A stretch of DNA of 63,972 nucleotides, counting the filler, from Octopus bimaculoides (Eukaryota): NCBI RefSeq assembly GCF_001194135.2. It is 5 parts of 5 records of this genome, joined end to end, with 100 filler letters (N's around TTAATTAATTAA, not from the genome) between each part and the next. Parts side by side here need not be neighbours in the genome. Positions count along the whole stretch, not along the records: positions 1 to 13,304 come from NC_068981.1; positions 13,405 to 31,134 come from NC_069003.1; 3 more parts are not named here. One strand, given 5' to 3'. A model generated the notes under the pieces. It had not been told where the DNA came from. It worked only from the letters and a program-made list of their open reading frames with translations, and did no database searches. Of this stretch, positions 11,068-22,200 are shown piece after piece (position 1 is the first letter of the stretch; every line of letters starts with the position of its first letter). Both the position numbers and the translations under genes were made by a program.

Positions 11068-11162
11068 AAGATTTTTTTAAAGACATTGATTGGCTATGGG
11101 ATCCAGCAGAGTAAAGTAGGAACTAACAGGGATCATAGTCAACAAATGGTCGAGAACCACTG
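11068..11162 (+). mobile_element. hAT-type MITE, 3' fragment
   Basis: Homologous to 29935-30024; ends GGTCGAGAACCACTG. Confidence 0.65.
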
Positions 11163-11198
11163 ATTTAGTCAGTTATATTGGTATATAAATATATATGC

Positions 11199-11332
11199 TC
11201 CGCCGAGGTCGACTTTGCCTTTCATCTTTTCGGGGTCGGTAAATTAAGTACTAGTTGCGTACTGGGATCGATTTAATCGAGTGCCCCCCCTCCCACCAAA
11301 TTAAGAGCTTTGTGCCTAGAGAAGAAAAGAAT
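11199..11332 (+). mobile_element. SINE family A, 3' part
   Basis: CCGCCGAGGTCGACTTTGCC...TTGTGCCTAGAGAAGAAAAGAAT. Confidence 0.85.
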
Positions 11333-11683
11333 ATATTATATACTGTTTGTGTACGGACCACTTAATCTGCCCTGCTATGCCACGTATGCATTACATCACA
11401 ATCGCACGGCAGTCAGTTTGGAACCCATTAATAGGGCTCTTTTACTTTTCTTTATTTACTTGTAATTTTTTTTTTTAAATCTTAGAATATTTTGCTTTTA
11501 AATCTTAGCAGATAATTCATTCATACTTGAAAATCGTTTGTAGGCCCTATGTCGTAAGAAATGATGCTTCAGTTGTGCACATGGCCACACGCTGTAAGGC
11601 ATGTTCAAATTTAAAGAAGTGCTTGCTCCGAACATATTTTGGTATTCAAATATTTAAAGACTTTGGTGAAAATGAATCGGATA

Positions 11684-11905
11684 TATGAGGGGGTGCTGAA
11701 AAGTTCTTGGCTTTAAGGGTACCACCAAAGGCTTGGTTGGAGACCTAACCTTCTGAGTTCTTTTACAAGGCTTATAAAAACTGAAGGACTACTGCAATAA
11801 GTGTAGGAATCTGAGAGGGGAATAAGGTGGATAAAATCATAATTAACTGATCCCCCTGTATTTTCTTTTATCCAAAGCCAGGAACCTTTTCAGCACCTCA
11901 TCGTA
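11684..11905 (+). mobile_element. Mariner-derived MITE with TA target duplication, retaining the transposase C-terminal codons
   Basis: TIRs TA-TGAGGGGGTGCTGAAAAGTTCTTGGCTTT ... AAAGCCAGGAACCTTTTCAGCACCTCATCG-TA. The internal segment reads like KLKDYCNKCRNLRGE*GG*, a decayed mariner C-terminus of the KLxxRWxKCxxxxGxY type. Confidence 0.85.
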
Positions 11906-12149
11906 TACATGCATTGGTTGGGCGAACAAGAAAGTAAATTCAGTATATAAAACTACATAGGTGACTCAAGGGACTTGCGTCTGATGGCAATTATCAAACT
12001 AAACTTTAAATCACAGATTTTCTCTCCCGTGCTGTAAAAGTTCAATTTTATGATTTGTAACTTAGTTTGACAAGGGCAATACATGAAACTCTAGGCTCTT
12101 GAATTACTTATGTAGATTTGCAACTAAATATGATGCATACACACAGACA

Positions 12150-12492
12150 CACACACACACGTGTATGTATGTATGTATGTATGTATGTATGTATGTATGT
12201 ATGTATGTATGTATGTATGTGTGTGTATGTATGTATGTATGTGTGCGTGTATATTTGTATGTATGTCTGTGTATGTATGTATGTATGTATGTATGTGTGT
12301 GTATGTATGTATGTATGTATGTATGTATGTATGTATGTATGTATGTATGCATGTATGTATGTATGTATGTGTGCGTGTATGTTTGTATGTATGTGTATGT
12401 ATATATGCGTGTATGTATGTATGTATGTATGTATGTATGCATGCATGCATATATGTATGTATGCGTGTATGTATGTATGCGTGTATGTATGT
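12150..12492. repeat. (TATG)n tetranucleotide microsatellite
   Basis: Read directly from the sequence; source of the MYVC/HTYI ORFs. Confidence 0.95.
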
Positions 12493-12536
12493 AAGAGTCA
12501 TTATATAAAAATTCCGAACTAGTCCGGATATGTATG

Positions 12537-12935
12537 TGTGGTTAACATGTCCGCTCCGCAACCACGTTGTTTTGAGTTCGGTCCCACTCTGTGAAGTGTT
12601 GGGCAAACGTCTTTTACTATAGAGTCGGAATAACCAGTCAGTGGTTTGTAAGAGAAATCAGTAAACGAAGACTATGCGGAAGCCCGCCATGTATGTACAC
12701 ATATATGTGCGGTATGTGTGTGTGTGTCTGTGTGTCACCTGTGTCTGTCATTACGTTGGCATCTATTAAAATCACTTCTCTTTTCATGATTTGTAAAGTT
12801 AGCGGTTCGACAAATAAATCAATCAATAAGTTAGGCTTCAAAATTAAAATAAATACTGGGATCGATAAAATTGGCTGAAATCTTTCGAGGCGATACCCCC
12901 AACATGGCTTCAGTCTAAGCAGAAAAATAAAAGAA
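12537..12935 (+). mobile_element. SINE family B, diverged
   Basis: Head, GGGCAAACGTCTTTTACTATAG body and GCGGTTCGACAAA tail are recognisable. Confidence 0.7.
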
Positions 12936-13348
12936 ATAATTCATAAGTTATCCGGAAAAACTACAATTGTGTTAATATGAAAATAAACTGCTTTCATACG
13001 ATGTTCTTTCTTTATGTATTTATCTGGTTACACTGTACACTCACCAATCGTAAAAGAAATATTTGGTGTAAACTTATGGTAATGAAGCCAAATCGAATTT
13101 CACCTGACTGCAAGTGTTACTTATTCTATTGGTAGCTATCACAAAGCTAATTGTACTAGTATTGTCTGGAAATTTTAACAACGTATATTCTGTACACATT
13201 ACTAAATATGTCATCAAAGAAGATTTTTCACTAGAATTTATCCATTGATACAAATTCAACTGAATTCTTATTTCTGAGAAAAAAAAAAAAAAAAAAAAAA
13301 AAAANNNNNNNNNNNNNNNNNNNNNNNNNNNNNNNNNNNNNNNNNNNN

Positions 13349-13360
13349 TTAATTAATTAA
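13349..13360. other. Artificial TTAATTAATTAA spacer centred in a 100-bp N pad (assembly join)
   Basis: 44 N + TTAATTAATTAA + 44 N; identical construct at 31179, 41895 and 60050. Confidence 0.9.
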
Positions 13361-13639
13361 NNNNNNNNNNNNNNNNNNNNNNNNNNNNNNNNNNNNNNNN
13401 NNNNCAAAATAAATGGAAGTGGAGAGACAAGTTACTGAAGAGATTGCAAGAGTGCAATGAAATAATTTAACAAAAAACTATATAAATTAATAAAGGACTG
13501 AACCAGTGCGTGTGTTTATTACCGGCATAATGCCTCTCCCAAGGTTTAATTGTATTTCTTTCAACACACGTATCCACATCAAGAATCTTGCACACGAAAT
13601 ACACATACGAAATATTATTATTATTATTATTATTATTAT

Positions 13640-14166
13640 TGAGTGAGAGAGCAGTGCATGCCATCAAAGTGACACTGGGGTTAAATATACGAAGTCCAGT
13701 ATACTCATCAGGTCTACCCATCTGATAAGGCACGTGCATCACAACCACGTTTGCGTAACATGGTGATCTCATATAAACAGCGCATGACCTTGCAAGTGTG
13801 ACCCAGTTAGAATTTTCCTCAGGTCGAGTAGCCCATACCGCACAGAAAGTTCTTGAATAAGGGCTGTTTAAGGATGTTGAACAAAAATGCCCATGTTTTG
13901 CAGAAGTGAATTATTCAAACCTTAAAGAATTCCTCTCAACACATGGCTATGCTGCTCCTCCACTACTTCTGCTCGTGATCAGAGATGTACATATCGTCAG
14001 CCACTAAGAGACGTGCTCAACTGGTTAGCGTCAAGACACTGACAAGCAAATGTGTGGTATTGAGCAGAACATTTGCTGTAATTCATCTTTTATACCAAGA
14101 CAAAGCATGTACGTGATAACACTTCCAATCAGACACGAGAGCCAGTGCTTGGTACTGCATCAGGGC
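13640..14166 (-). mobile_element. ~530-bp non-coding unit inserted within an (AAT)n tract; probable 3' UTR or non-autonomous derivative of a TAA-targeting LINE
   Basis: Complex sequence bounded exactly by (ATT)n at 13614-13639 and (TAT)n from 14167, the same geometry as 7793-8377. No ORF recognised; the family assignment is inference. Confidence 0.5.
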
Positions 14167-14242
<76 letters not shown>

Positions 14243-14544
14243 ATCATCATTATTTTGTGCTCGTCGATAATAGAGACTACTAATAATATGGTTTGGGGTG
14301 GTTGAACAAGATGCGGTGTAAATAGCGAATTATGATGATGTTTCACTTTCATTATTGTTGTTGTTGTAATTATTATTCTTGTTTATTATTGTAGTTTTTC
14401 TGTCCTGTATTTTTTATTTATCGATGAATCATCTTTCCAAAAATACACGAATATTTTTTACATAACCATTATTCTATTATTCATTATTAAAATTATAGTT
14501 ATTTCTGCAGCCAATGTGCCTGAAGTAAAACTATTATAAAAATA

Positions 14545-14676
14545 TCCGCCGGGCTCGAATTTGCCTTTCATCCTTTCAGGGTCGACGAAATAAGTACCAG
14601 TGAAACACTGAGGTCGATGTGATCGACTCACCCTCTCCCCCAACATTTCAGGCCTTGTGCCAATAGTAGAAAGGAT
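14545..14676 (+). mobile_element. SINE family A, 3' part
   Basis: Matches 17710-17842. Confidence 0.8.
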
Positions 14677-15754
14677 TATTATTATTATTATTGTTGTTGT
14701 CGTTGTTGTTGTCGACGTTGTTGTTATTATTTATAAAGCGGTGTTATTGCTGTTGGCGGTGCTGGTGGCGGTGCTGGTGTGGAAGGTGGTGGTTGTGATG
14801 CGGATGGTGATGGTGGTGTAGATGGTAGTGGTGGTGNNNNNNNNNNNNNNNNNNNNNNNNNNNNNNNNNNNNNNNNNNNNNNNNNNNNNNNNNNNNNNNN
14901 NNNNNNNNNNNNNNNNNNNNNNNNNNNNNNNNNNNNNNNNNNNNNNNNNNNNNNNNNNNNNNNNNNNNNNNNNNNNNNNNNNNNNNNNNNNNNNNNNNNN
15001 NNNNNNNNNNNNNNNNNNNNNNNNNNNNNNNNNNNNNNNNNNNNNNNNNNNNNNNNNNNNNNNNNNNNNNNNNNNNNNNNNNNNNNNNNNNNNNNNNNNN
15101 NNNNNNNNNNNNNNNNNNNNNNNNNNNNNNNNNNNNNNNNNNNNNNNNNNNNNNNNNNNNNNNNNNNNNNNNNNNNNNNNNNNNNNNNNNNNNNNNNNNN
15201 NNNNNNNNNNNNNNNNNNNNNNNNNNNNNNNNNNNNNNNNNNNNNNNNNNNNNNNNNNNNNNNNNNNNNNNNNNNNNNNNNNNNNNNNNNNNNNNNNNNN
15301 NNNNNNNNNNNNNNNNNNNNNNNNNNNNNNNNNNNNNNNNNNNNNNNNNNNNNNNNNNNNNNNNNNNNNNNNNNNNNNNNNNNNNNNNNNNNNNNNNNNN
15401 NNNNNNNNNNNNNNNNNNNNNNNNNNNNNNNNNNNNNNNNNNNNNNNNNNNNNNNNNNNNNNNNNNNNNNNNNNNNNNNNNNNNNNNNNNNNNNNNNNNN
15501 NNNNNNNNNNNNNNNNNNNNNNNNNNNNNNNNNNNNNNNNNNNNNNNNNNNNNNNNNNNNNNNNNNNNNNNNNNNNNNNNNNNNNNNNNNNNNNNNNNNN
15601 NNNNNNNNNNNNNNNNNNNNNNNNNNNNNNNNNNNNNNNNNNNNNNNNNNNNNNNNNNNNNNNNNNNNNNNNNNNNNNNNNNNNNNNNNNNNNNNNNNNN
15701 NNNNNNNNNNNNNAGTAGGGTAGGTGTCTCTTGTGTTCTTTAATAAAGAAACAA

Positions 15755-15950
15755 GGTCAACTTTGCCTTTCATCATTTTGGGGGTCAATAAAATAAGTAT
15801 CGGTCAAGCTGAACTGGAACTTATTTAAACAACCCTGAAAGGATGAAAGGCAAATTCGACTTTGACGGAATTTGAACTCAGAATGTAAAAACAAACGAAA
15901 TGCCGCTAAGCATTTTGCCCAGCATGCTAATGGTTCTGCCAACTCATTAC
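15755..15950. mobile_element. Two SINE-A fragments fused in inverted orientation
   Basis: 15755-15810 is plus-strand (GGTCAACTTTGCCTTTCATC...AAATAAGTA); 15812-15950 is minus-strand (ACTTATTT...GGATGAAAGGCAAATTCGAC...CTGCCAACTC). Confidence 0.75.
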
Positions 15951-16103
15951 CTTAATAATAATAACAATAATAATAATAATAATAATAATAATGATGATGA
16001 TGATGATGATGATGATAATGATGATGATAAAATTATCATAAAAGATGTAATCAACAAGCTCCTTTTTCCAATTTCAGGCTTTGTGTCTATCGTATAAAGA
16101 ATT

Positions 16104-16293
16104 GTTTCTTTCTACAAAAGGGTCAAGGCCTGGAATTTTGTAGGAGGCTAATCGCTTAAGTTGACCCCAGTGCTTGACTGGTACTTATTTTATCGACGCT
16201 GAAAGGATGAAAGGCAAATTCGATCTCGACAGAATTCGAACGCAGATCCTAAAGACGGACGAAATGCCTCAAAGCATTTTGTTCGGCGTACTA
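16104..16293 (-). mobile_element. SINE family A
   Basis: Reverse-complement match to 17629-17842. Confidence 0.8.
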
Positions 16294-16605
16294 CCGGGCC
16301 GTAAAAAATATTTGCTATTACAAATATTTTTTATGGCTCGGTAGCATATGATCCACAGACCGATGAAGAGATAACTACCCGAAATCCTGACATCTTATAG
16401 TCTAGGTATGTGGCGCTGCGCACTGATCTAAGTGTATACACACCATTTGTCAACAAACGAGGTATATTCTCCGTGACAAAACGAAGTGAGTAGCTTGTTC
16501 TCCAGTTCGAACGTGCATCAAGCATATTCGCACTGATAATAATAACATTTCGATCCACGGACACGTACCGGTACCGGTCCGCGGCCCGATGGTTGGGGAC
16601 CTCTG
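16294..16605 (+). mobile_element. hAT-like DNA transposon 3' end fragment
   Basis: Ends ACCGGTCCGCGGCCCGATGGTTGGGGACCTCTG, a hAT-type terminus; no matching 5' end seen. Confidence 0.5.
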
Positions 16606-16984
16606 TTGTAATACATTTAAAAGCATTTCTTTTTCACGGTTTCTGTCGAATTTAATCATGGCTGAAATTAATATTTATTATTCTGCTTTATAATGCTATT
16701 ACAAATTTATGTATTCATTTTGCCAACGCTTGCACTTGCAGCGCAAACTAAGCAGACCGGTTTAATCCTGTTCGTGTTTGAGTCTACTGTAAATAGCGAT
16801 AAGGTACTAATCTCTGTTTGATAGAAAATTGATAACCAATCACTGATGAGAAACTAATAAACTCTTAGTCTAGTCAAATCTAGCTCCATTTCTGCATTTA
16901 GAAGGAAAGACGTGTTGTTTAACTAACGTGGCTTTTTCCTTTCTCATAGAGAAGATGAGACTTGTTTAATAATTAATACAAATG

Positions 16985-17040
<56 letters not shown>

Positions 17041-17628
17041 CATATATATGTCTATATGTGGAGAGAGAGAGAGAGAAATTAAAAGTAAGCCGACTACACT
17101 TCATTTCTTATATATATTTTCAAATACATCTACATCATGTCTGAGAAACTTCGACTCCACCCTTATCCCCAATCCGCAGGCGTAATTTATCCCAGACTCA
17201 AATATGAAACACCCATGGATAGACTTTCTAAAAAAAAAATTACCTGGTAAAAAATGGGGTTTAAGTTTTAAAGACAAATCAGTAAGTTAAGAACGCTGAT
17301 TTATAAAAACAGCATTATTCTTCTTTGCACTGATACGCCCTCTTTCCAGTTCTTTTACACTTCGAAATCGCCTCTAGTATTGGAAAGGCTCCCACTATTT
17401 CTTTAGATGTTGGAAAGTTGTTTGGCTCCGTCGTCTCTTTGGATTCGTAGCCTCCTATCATATCTTTCATTTCTGATACCACCATATCAATATAGCAGCT
17501 GCGTCTTGTGAACACCATTATATAATCCACTTAATGGCAATCTTAATCCTGCTTGATAGTCAGCAGAAACTTCAAAACTCAGTGAGCAAAACAACTTATG
17601 ATAAATGTTAATACATTTGGGTATATGA

Positions 17629-17842
17629 GGTGGCGAGCTGGCAGAAATGTTAGCACGCCGGGCGAAATGCTTAGCGGTATTTCGTCTTCTGTTACGTTCT
17701 GAGTTCGAATTCCGCCGAAGTTGACTTTGCCTTTCATCCTTTCGTGGTCGATAAATTAAGTACCAGTTGCGTCCTGGGGTCGATCTAATCGACTGGCCGC
17801 CTCCTCGAAAATTTCGGGCCTTGTGCCTAGAGTAGAAAACAA
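17629..17842 (+). mobile_element. SINE family A, well-preserved full-length copy
   Basis: GGCGAGCTGGCAGAAATGTTAGCACGCCGGGCG...GAGTTCGAATTCC (B-box-like)...TTGTGCCTAGAGTAGAAAA. More than 12 related copies in the window. Confidence 0.9.
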
Positions 17843-17844
17843 TC

Positions 17845-18038
17845 GTTTGCACGCCGAACAAAATGCTTGGTGGTATTTCATCCGTCTTAACGTTCTGAGT
17901 TCAAATTTCACTGAGGTCGACATTACCTTTCATCATTTAAAGGTCGATAAAATGAGTTCCAGGTACGCACTGGGATTGATGTAATCGACTGGCTCCCTCT
18001 CCCGAAATTGCTGGCCTTGTGCCAAAATGCGAAACCAA
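17845..18038 (+). mobile_element. SINE family A, tandem second copy with a variant tail
   Basis: Follows 17629-17842 directly. Confidence 0.8.
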
Positions 18039-18063
18039 TATATTTGGTATGCATGTATGTCTC

Positions 18064-18100
<37 letters not shown>

Positions 18101-18190
18101 ATTTAGACATGGCTGTCTCCTGATCTGCATGTATAATACATACGTACATACATACATACATACATACGTACATATATATATATATATATA

Positions 18191-18670
18191 TTCTTTTTAG
18201 GAACAACGCATCTTGTGGCAAATAAAACTAAATAATAGCGTGTTATTTCTTTTGTATGTATGTTTGTAGATGTGTTATGTTTTAAGCACCGGCTCTTAAA
18301 GCAGCCCTTATACATTCCCATGTATTATCTACGAAGTTGTGTGTTAAATGGGACTTACACTGTAGTTATTTATATCAGTGGTTCAGCTTTGCGCAAACTA
18401 GCCAAGGTACATAACTCTCTTTTTCTATGTTTGCATTTACCTTTGTTATTACATAGTCTGGTGAGATCGTTCTGATAACTGGTGGTAAGAGCACCTATTA
18501 GATGGATCAGGGCGCCTTCTATCTCTAATGATGTTCCTTGTACCAGTCATGAAATTCTGTGTTCTGTTGGGAAACATTTCCTAATCAGAATTAGAAAGTT
18601 CTATGATAATTTCCGATTTTGCATTTGTGCTTCATAGAGGGTTGAACCATATGACATTATAATAGGCTTT
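18191..18670 (-). mobile_element. Penelope-like element fragment (thumb, linker and GIY-YIG), lineage 2, heavily decayed
   Basis: Minus strand NVIWFNPL*STNAKS, then after a frameshift NFLILIRKCFPTEH...CKHRKRELCTL...LI*ITTV...YMGMYKGCFKSRCLKHNTS. This matches the PLE pattern IWFNPPYS-N/FLxLIxKxFP/CxCRxxxCPL/IY...YIG...FKxR..NH. Confidence 0.7.
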
Positions 18671-19073
18671 TAGCAGTAAACATAGTAGAATTTTTTTTTA
18701 ATGAAGCAATGCTTCCCAACATGAATTCAAAACTGACTTCATAATTATTAAAGACTTTAAAAAGCAATATGTACCTTCAGATAAGAGCAAAAAAAGAAAA
18801 CTGCACAAATTTGACAATTATGCCTACATTGCGCTGTAGAAAACGAACGCAACTGCCTCTGCTATGTTGAAAAATATCTCATCATTACTAAATAAACTGA
18901 AACCTTAAGCACAAGATCGGAATTTATTTCTAAATACTGCCATTGAAATAAACTCATCCTCTTGAATCGCAGCAGAAACATCGAACCAGACTAAACAAAC
19001 TCAAACACCTGTGGACTACCTTTCCATGTGAAAAGCTAAAACTAGCATGAATGTATGTAGATATATGTGCGTC

Positions 19074-19105
<32 letters not shown>

Positions 19106-19289
19106 TGTGCGTGTCTATGTATGTATGTATGTATGTGCGTGTGTATGTAGGTATGTAAGTATTTGTATTTTTCTATCGATTTATCTCTATATGCATGTGT
19201 GCATGTGTGTATGCATTTGTTTATATTTATCTTTCTGCTTCTCTCTCTCTCTCTTTCTCTCCACACACACACACACACCCACACACACA

Positions 19290-19327
<38 letters not shown>

Positions 19328-20059
19328 NNNNNNNNNNNNNNNNNNNNNNNNNNNNNNNNNNNNNNNNNNNNNNNNNNNNNNNNNNNNNNNNNNNNNNNNN
19401 NNNNNNNNNNNNNNNNNNNNNNNNNNNNNNNNNNNNNNNNNNNNNNNNNNNNNNNNNNNNNNNNNNNNNNNNNNNNNNNNNNNNNNNNNNNNNNNNNNNN
19501 NNNNNNNNNNNNNNNNNNNNNNNNNNNNNNNNNNNNNNNNNNNNNNNNNNNNNNNNNNNNNNNNNNNNNNNNNNNNNNNNNNNNNNNNNNNNNNNNNNNN
19601 NNNNNNNNNNNNNNNNNNNNNNNNNNNNNNNNNNNNNNNNNNNNNNNNNNNNNNNNNNNNNNNNNNNNNNNNNNNNNNNNNNNNNNNNNNNNNNNNNNNN
19701 NNNNNNNNNNNNNNNNNNNNNNNNNNNNNNNNNNNNNNNNNNNNNNNNNNNNNNNNNNNNNNNNNNNNNNNNNNNNNNNNNNNNNNNNNNNNNNNNNNNN
19801 NNNNNNNNNNNNNNNNNNNNTGTGTGTGTGTGTGTGTGTATTCCGAATTTGTGTAAATGTGTATAGAAAAATACATCAGTTGAATAAAGTTAAAACATGG
19901 TCTTGTTTTCACGTTTTTTATTGCGACATTTTAAAAAAATATTAATTTTTTTGCAATGTTGAAGCGTGTTAAACATTAATAGATATTTAGTAATGTTCAT
20001 AATGTTTAATTAGCAAAAGTTCTCCGTGGCACAAGTCCAGGTAAGGTTGTTTATCGAAC

Positions 20060-20297
20060 ACCAGCAGTTGCCCGTACATGTCAGCTTCCTCTCTTCATGC
20101 CACCGATGTTATCCCAGGGAAGGTAAAGGCTGATACAGCTTGGTGCCAGTGACGTCACAACTCATTTCTACAGCTGAATGAACTGGAGCAACATGAAATA
20201 AAATGTCTTGCTTAAGAACACAACACACAGCCTGGTCCGGGAATCGAACACACTACCTCATGATTGTAAGACCGACGCTCTAACCACTGAGCCATAA
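20060..20297 (-). mobile_element. SINE family C variant with a different tail
   Basis: tRNA head GGCTTATGGCTCAGTGGTTAGAG...GTTCGATTCCC and the CORE-like segment as in 3818-4080. Confidence 0.75.
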
Positions 20298-20411
20298 GCC
20301 TTTACACATACAAATACATGCATATATATATGCGTATATATATATATACATATATGTATGTATGTATGTCACGTTGTTTTTTGTTGCTTTTTGTCTTTTT
20401 CCTTTTTTGAA

Positions 20412-20445
<34 letters not shown>

Positions 20446-20447
<2 letters not shown>

Positions 20448-20592
20448 ACGAGCTTTTTCAGTTTCAAACTTGAGACAAAGGGCTCTGGTCGGACGAGGGC
20501 TATAGTGGAAGACACTTGCCCATGGGGTCGTGCAATGGGACTGAACACAAAGACATATGGCTGCAAAGTGGACTTCTGAACCACACAACCAT
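20446..20592 (-). mobile_element. SINE family B head, diverged
   Basis: GCTATAGTGGAAGACACTTGCCCA motif. Confidence 0.7.
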
Positions 20593-20599
20593 CTACATC

Positions 20600-20621
20600 T
20601 ATGCATGCAAACAGATATACA

Positions 20622-20664
<43 letters not shown>

Positions 20665-20883
20665 GTATGCATGGTGCACGCAAACACATGTATACATACA
20701 TACACACACATATACACACATACATACATACATACATACACATTCATGGTGAATGGTGTACGCAAACACATATTTACATACACACACATATAGACACACA
20801 CATACACACACATGCATACACACACACACACATATATATGCATAGTGCATGCAAATAAATGCATGCATACATACAGACACATA

Positions 20884-20919
<36 letters not shown>

Positions 20920-21133
20920 CTTTCATACATACATACATACATACATACATACATACATACATACACATTCATCCATGGAAACACACACACACACACACAG
21001 ACACACAAACATATGCACACCTAACATCAAAGTTCTCAGGACTCTGAACGCAAGCGCAGTGTTGGTTTCAAAGGCGTGCCTTAGTTGCCAAAACAAACAA
21101 TTAGTTTCTTTTGCTTATTTACTCTTTCAAAAC

Positions 21134-21171
<38 letters not shown>

Positions 21172-21462
21172 TGGTGTGCGTTGTTGTTGGTGTATGTGTG
21201 TATGGCGAGGTATGTGTGTAGATGTAAATATGTGTGTTGAGGTGAATGTGGATGTTGGATGTGTAGGTATGTGTGTGTGTGTGTGTACATGTGTATGTAT
21301 ATATGAGTATGTGTGGATGTGTATACGATTAGTAAGGTGGTTGATGAGGTTTCGTATATCATGTGTAGTGTTGATCAACGTGGGAAGTTATTGACAGAGT
21401 GAAAGCGAGAGGAGAGGAGAGAGAGAGGGGGGGAAAGGTTGAGAAAATAGACAGACAGACAA

Positions 21463-21512
<50 letters not shown>

Positions 21513-22200
21513 GGATGGATGGATGGACGAACGGACGGACGGACGAACGGACAGACAGACAGACAGACAAGTAGGTAGGTAGGTAGATAGATAGATAGAT
21601 AGATAGATAGACAAATAAAAGCGATTGGAGACTGAGACAGATGAAGAATGCGTGTGACAGAGAGAGGTGTTGGGAACCAGAGATAGATAGGGAGATAGAA
21701 AGAAAGAGAGAGAAAATAGTGAGTGAGAGAGAATGCGATATAACGAGAGAGAGAGAGAGAGAGAGAAAATGTGTGAGGTGGGGGTATATCGAGTGAATGA
21801 CAGAGAACAAGAGACAGAGAGAGAAAGACTGGGTGCGACAAAGAGATAGACAAAGAGAGAGAGAGAGAGAGATAGAGAGAGAGATAGAGAGAGGGACAGA
21901 CAGACAGACAAAGAGAGAAGCATGACCAATAGTGTATGAGAGTAAGAAATTAGGAATGAGAGATAAAGAAAGGAGGAGAAAGAATAAGTGAAATATGTAT
22001 GCATGTATGTATGCATGTATGCATGTACGTTTGCCTGTGTGTATGTATACATGTACCTATGTACGTACGTTTGTCTGTATAATATATATGCGTATGCGTG
22101 TATGATATGTGTGTGTGTGATATATGTGCGTGTGTGTGTGTGCATGTGCATGTGAGTGTGCGTGTGCATGTGTGTTTTGTGTGTGTGTGTGTTGTGTGAC
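20600..22200. repeat. Long compound microsatellite block (CA, CATA, TG, GATA, GACA, GA, TATG)
   Basis: Read directly; only a ~100-bp complex island at 21020-21125 and a short complex stretch near 21330-21400. Confidence 0.9.

Noticed and set aside
11093-11102. GCTATGGGAT repeated at 10937 and 11093 as evidence of a tandem retrozyme unit
   Set aside because: The second copy lies inside a hAT-MITE fragment homologous to 29935-30024, so the match is coincidental.
13279-13304. Poly-A tract as a retrocopy tail
   Set aside because: It abuts an assembly pad; no upstream ORF or TSD can be identified.
16840-16880. CTGATGA followed by GAAAC as a hammerhead
   Set aside because: There is no room for stem II and no stem I or III pairing. 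The other CTGANGA hits I scanned on both strands (for example 23664, 28981, 52361, 55455) also lacked the fold.
17315-17530. 71-aa minus-strand ORF (MDYIMVF...) as a host exon
   Set aside because: No recognisable domain; the nearest acceptor puts a stop in frame and no donor is evident. It may be a decayed TE.
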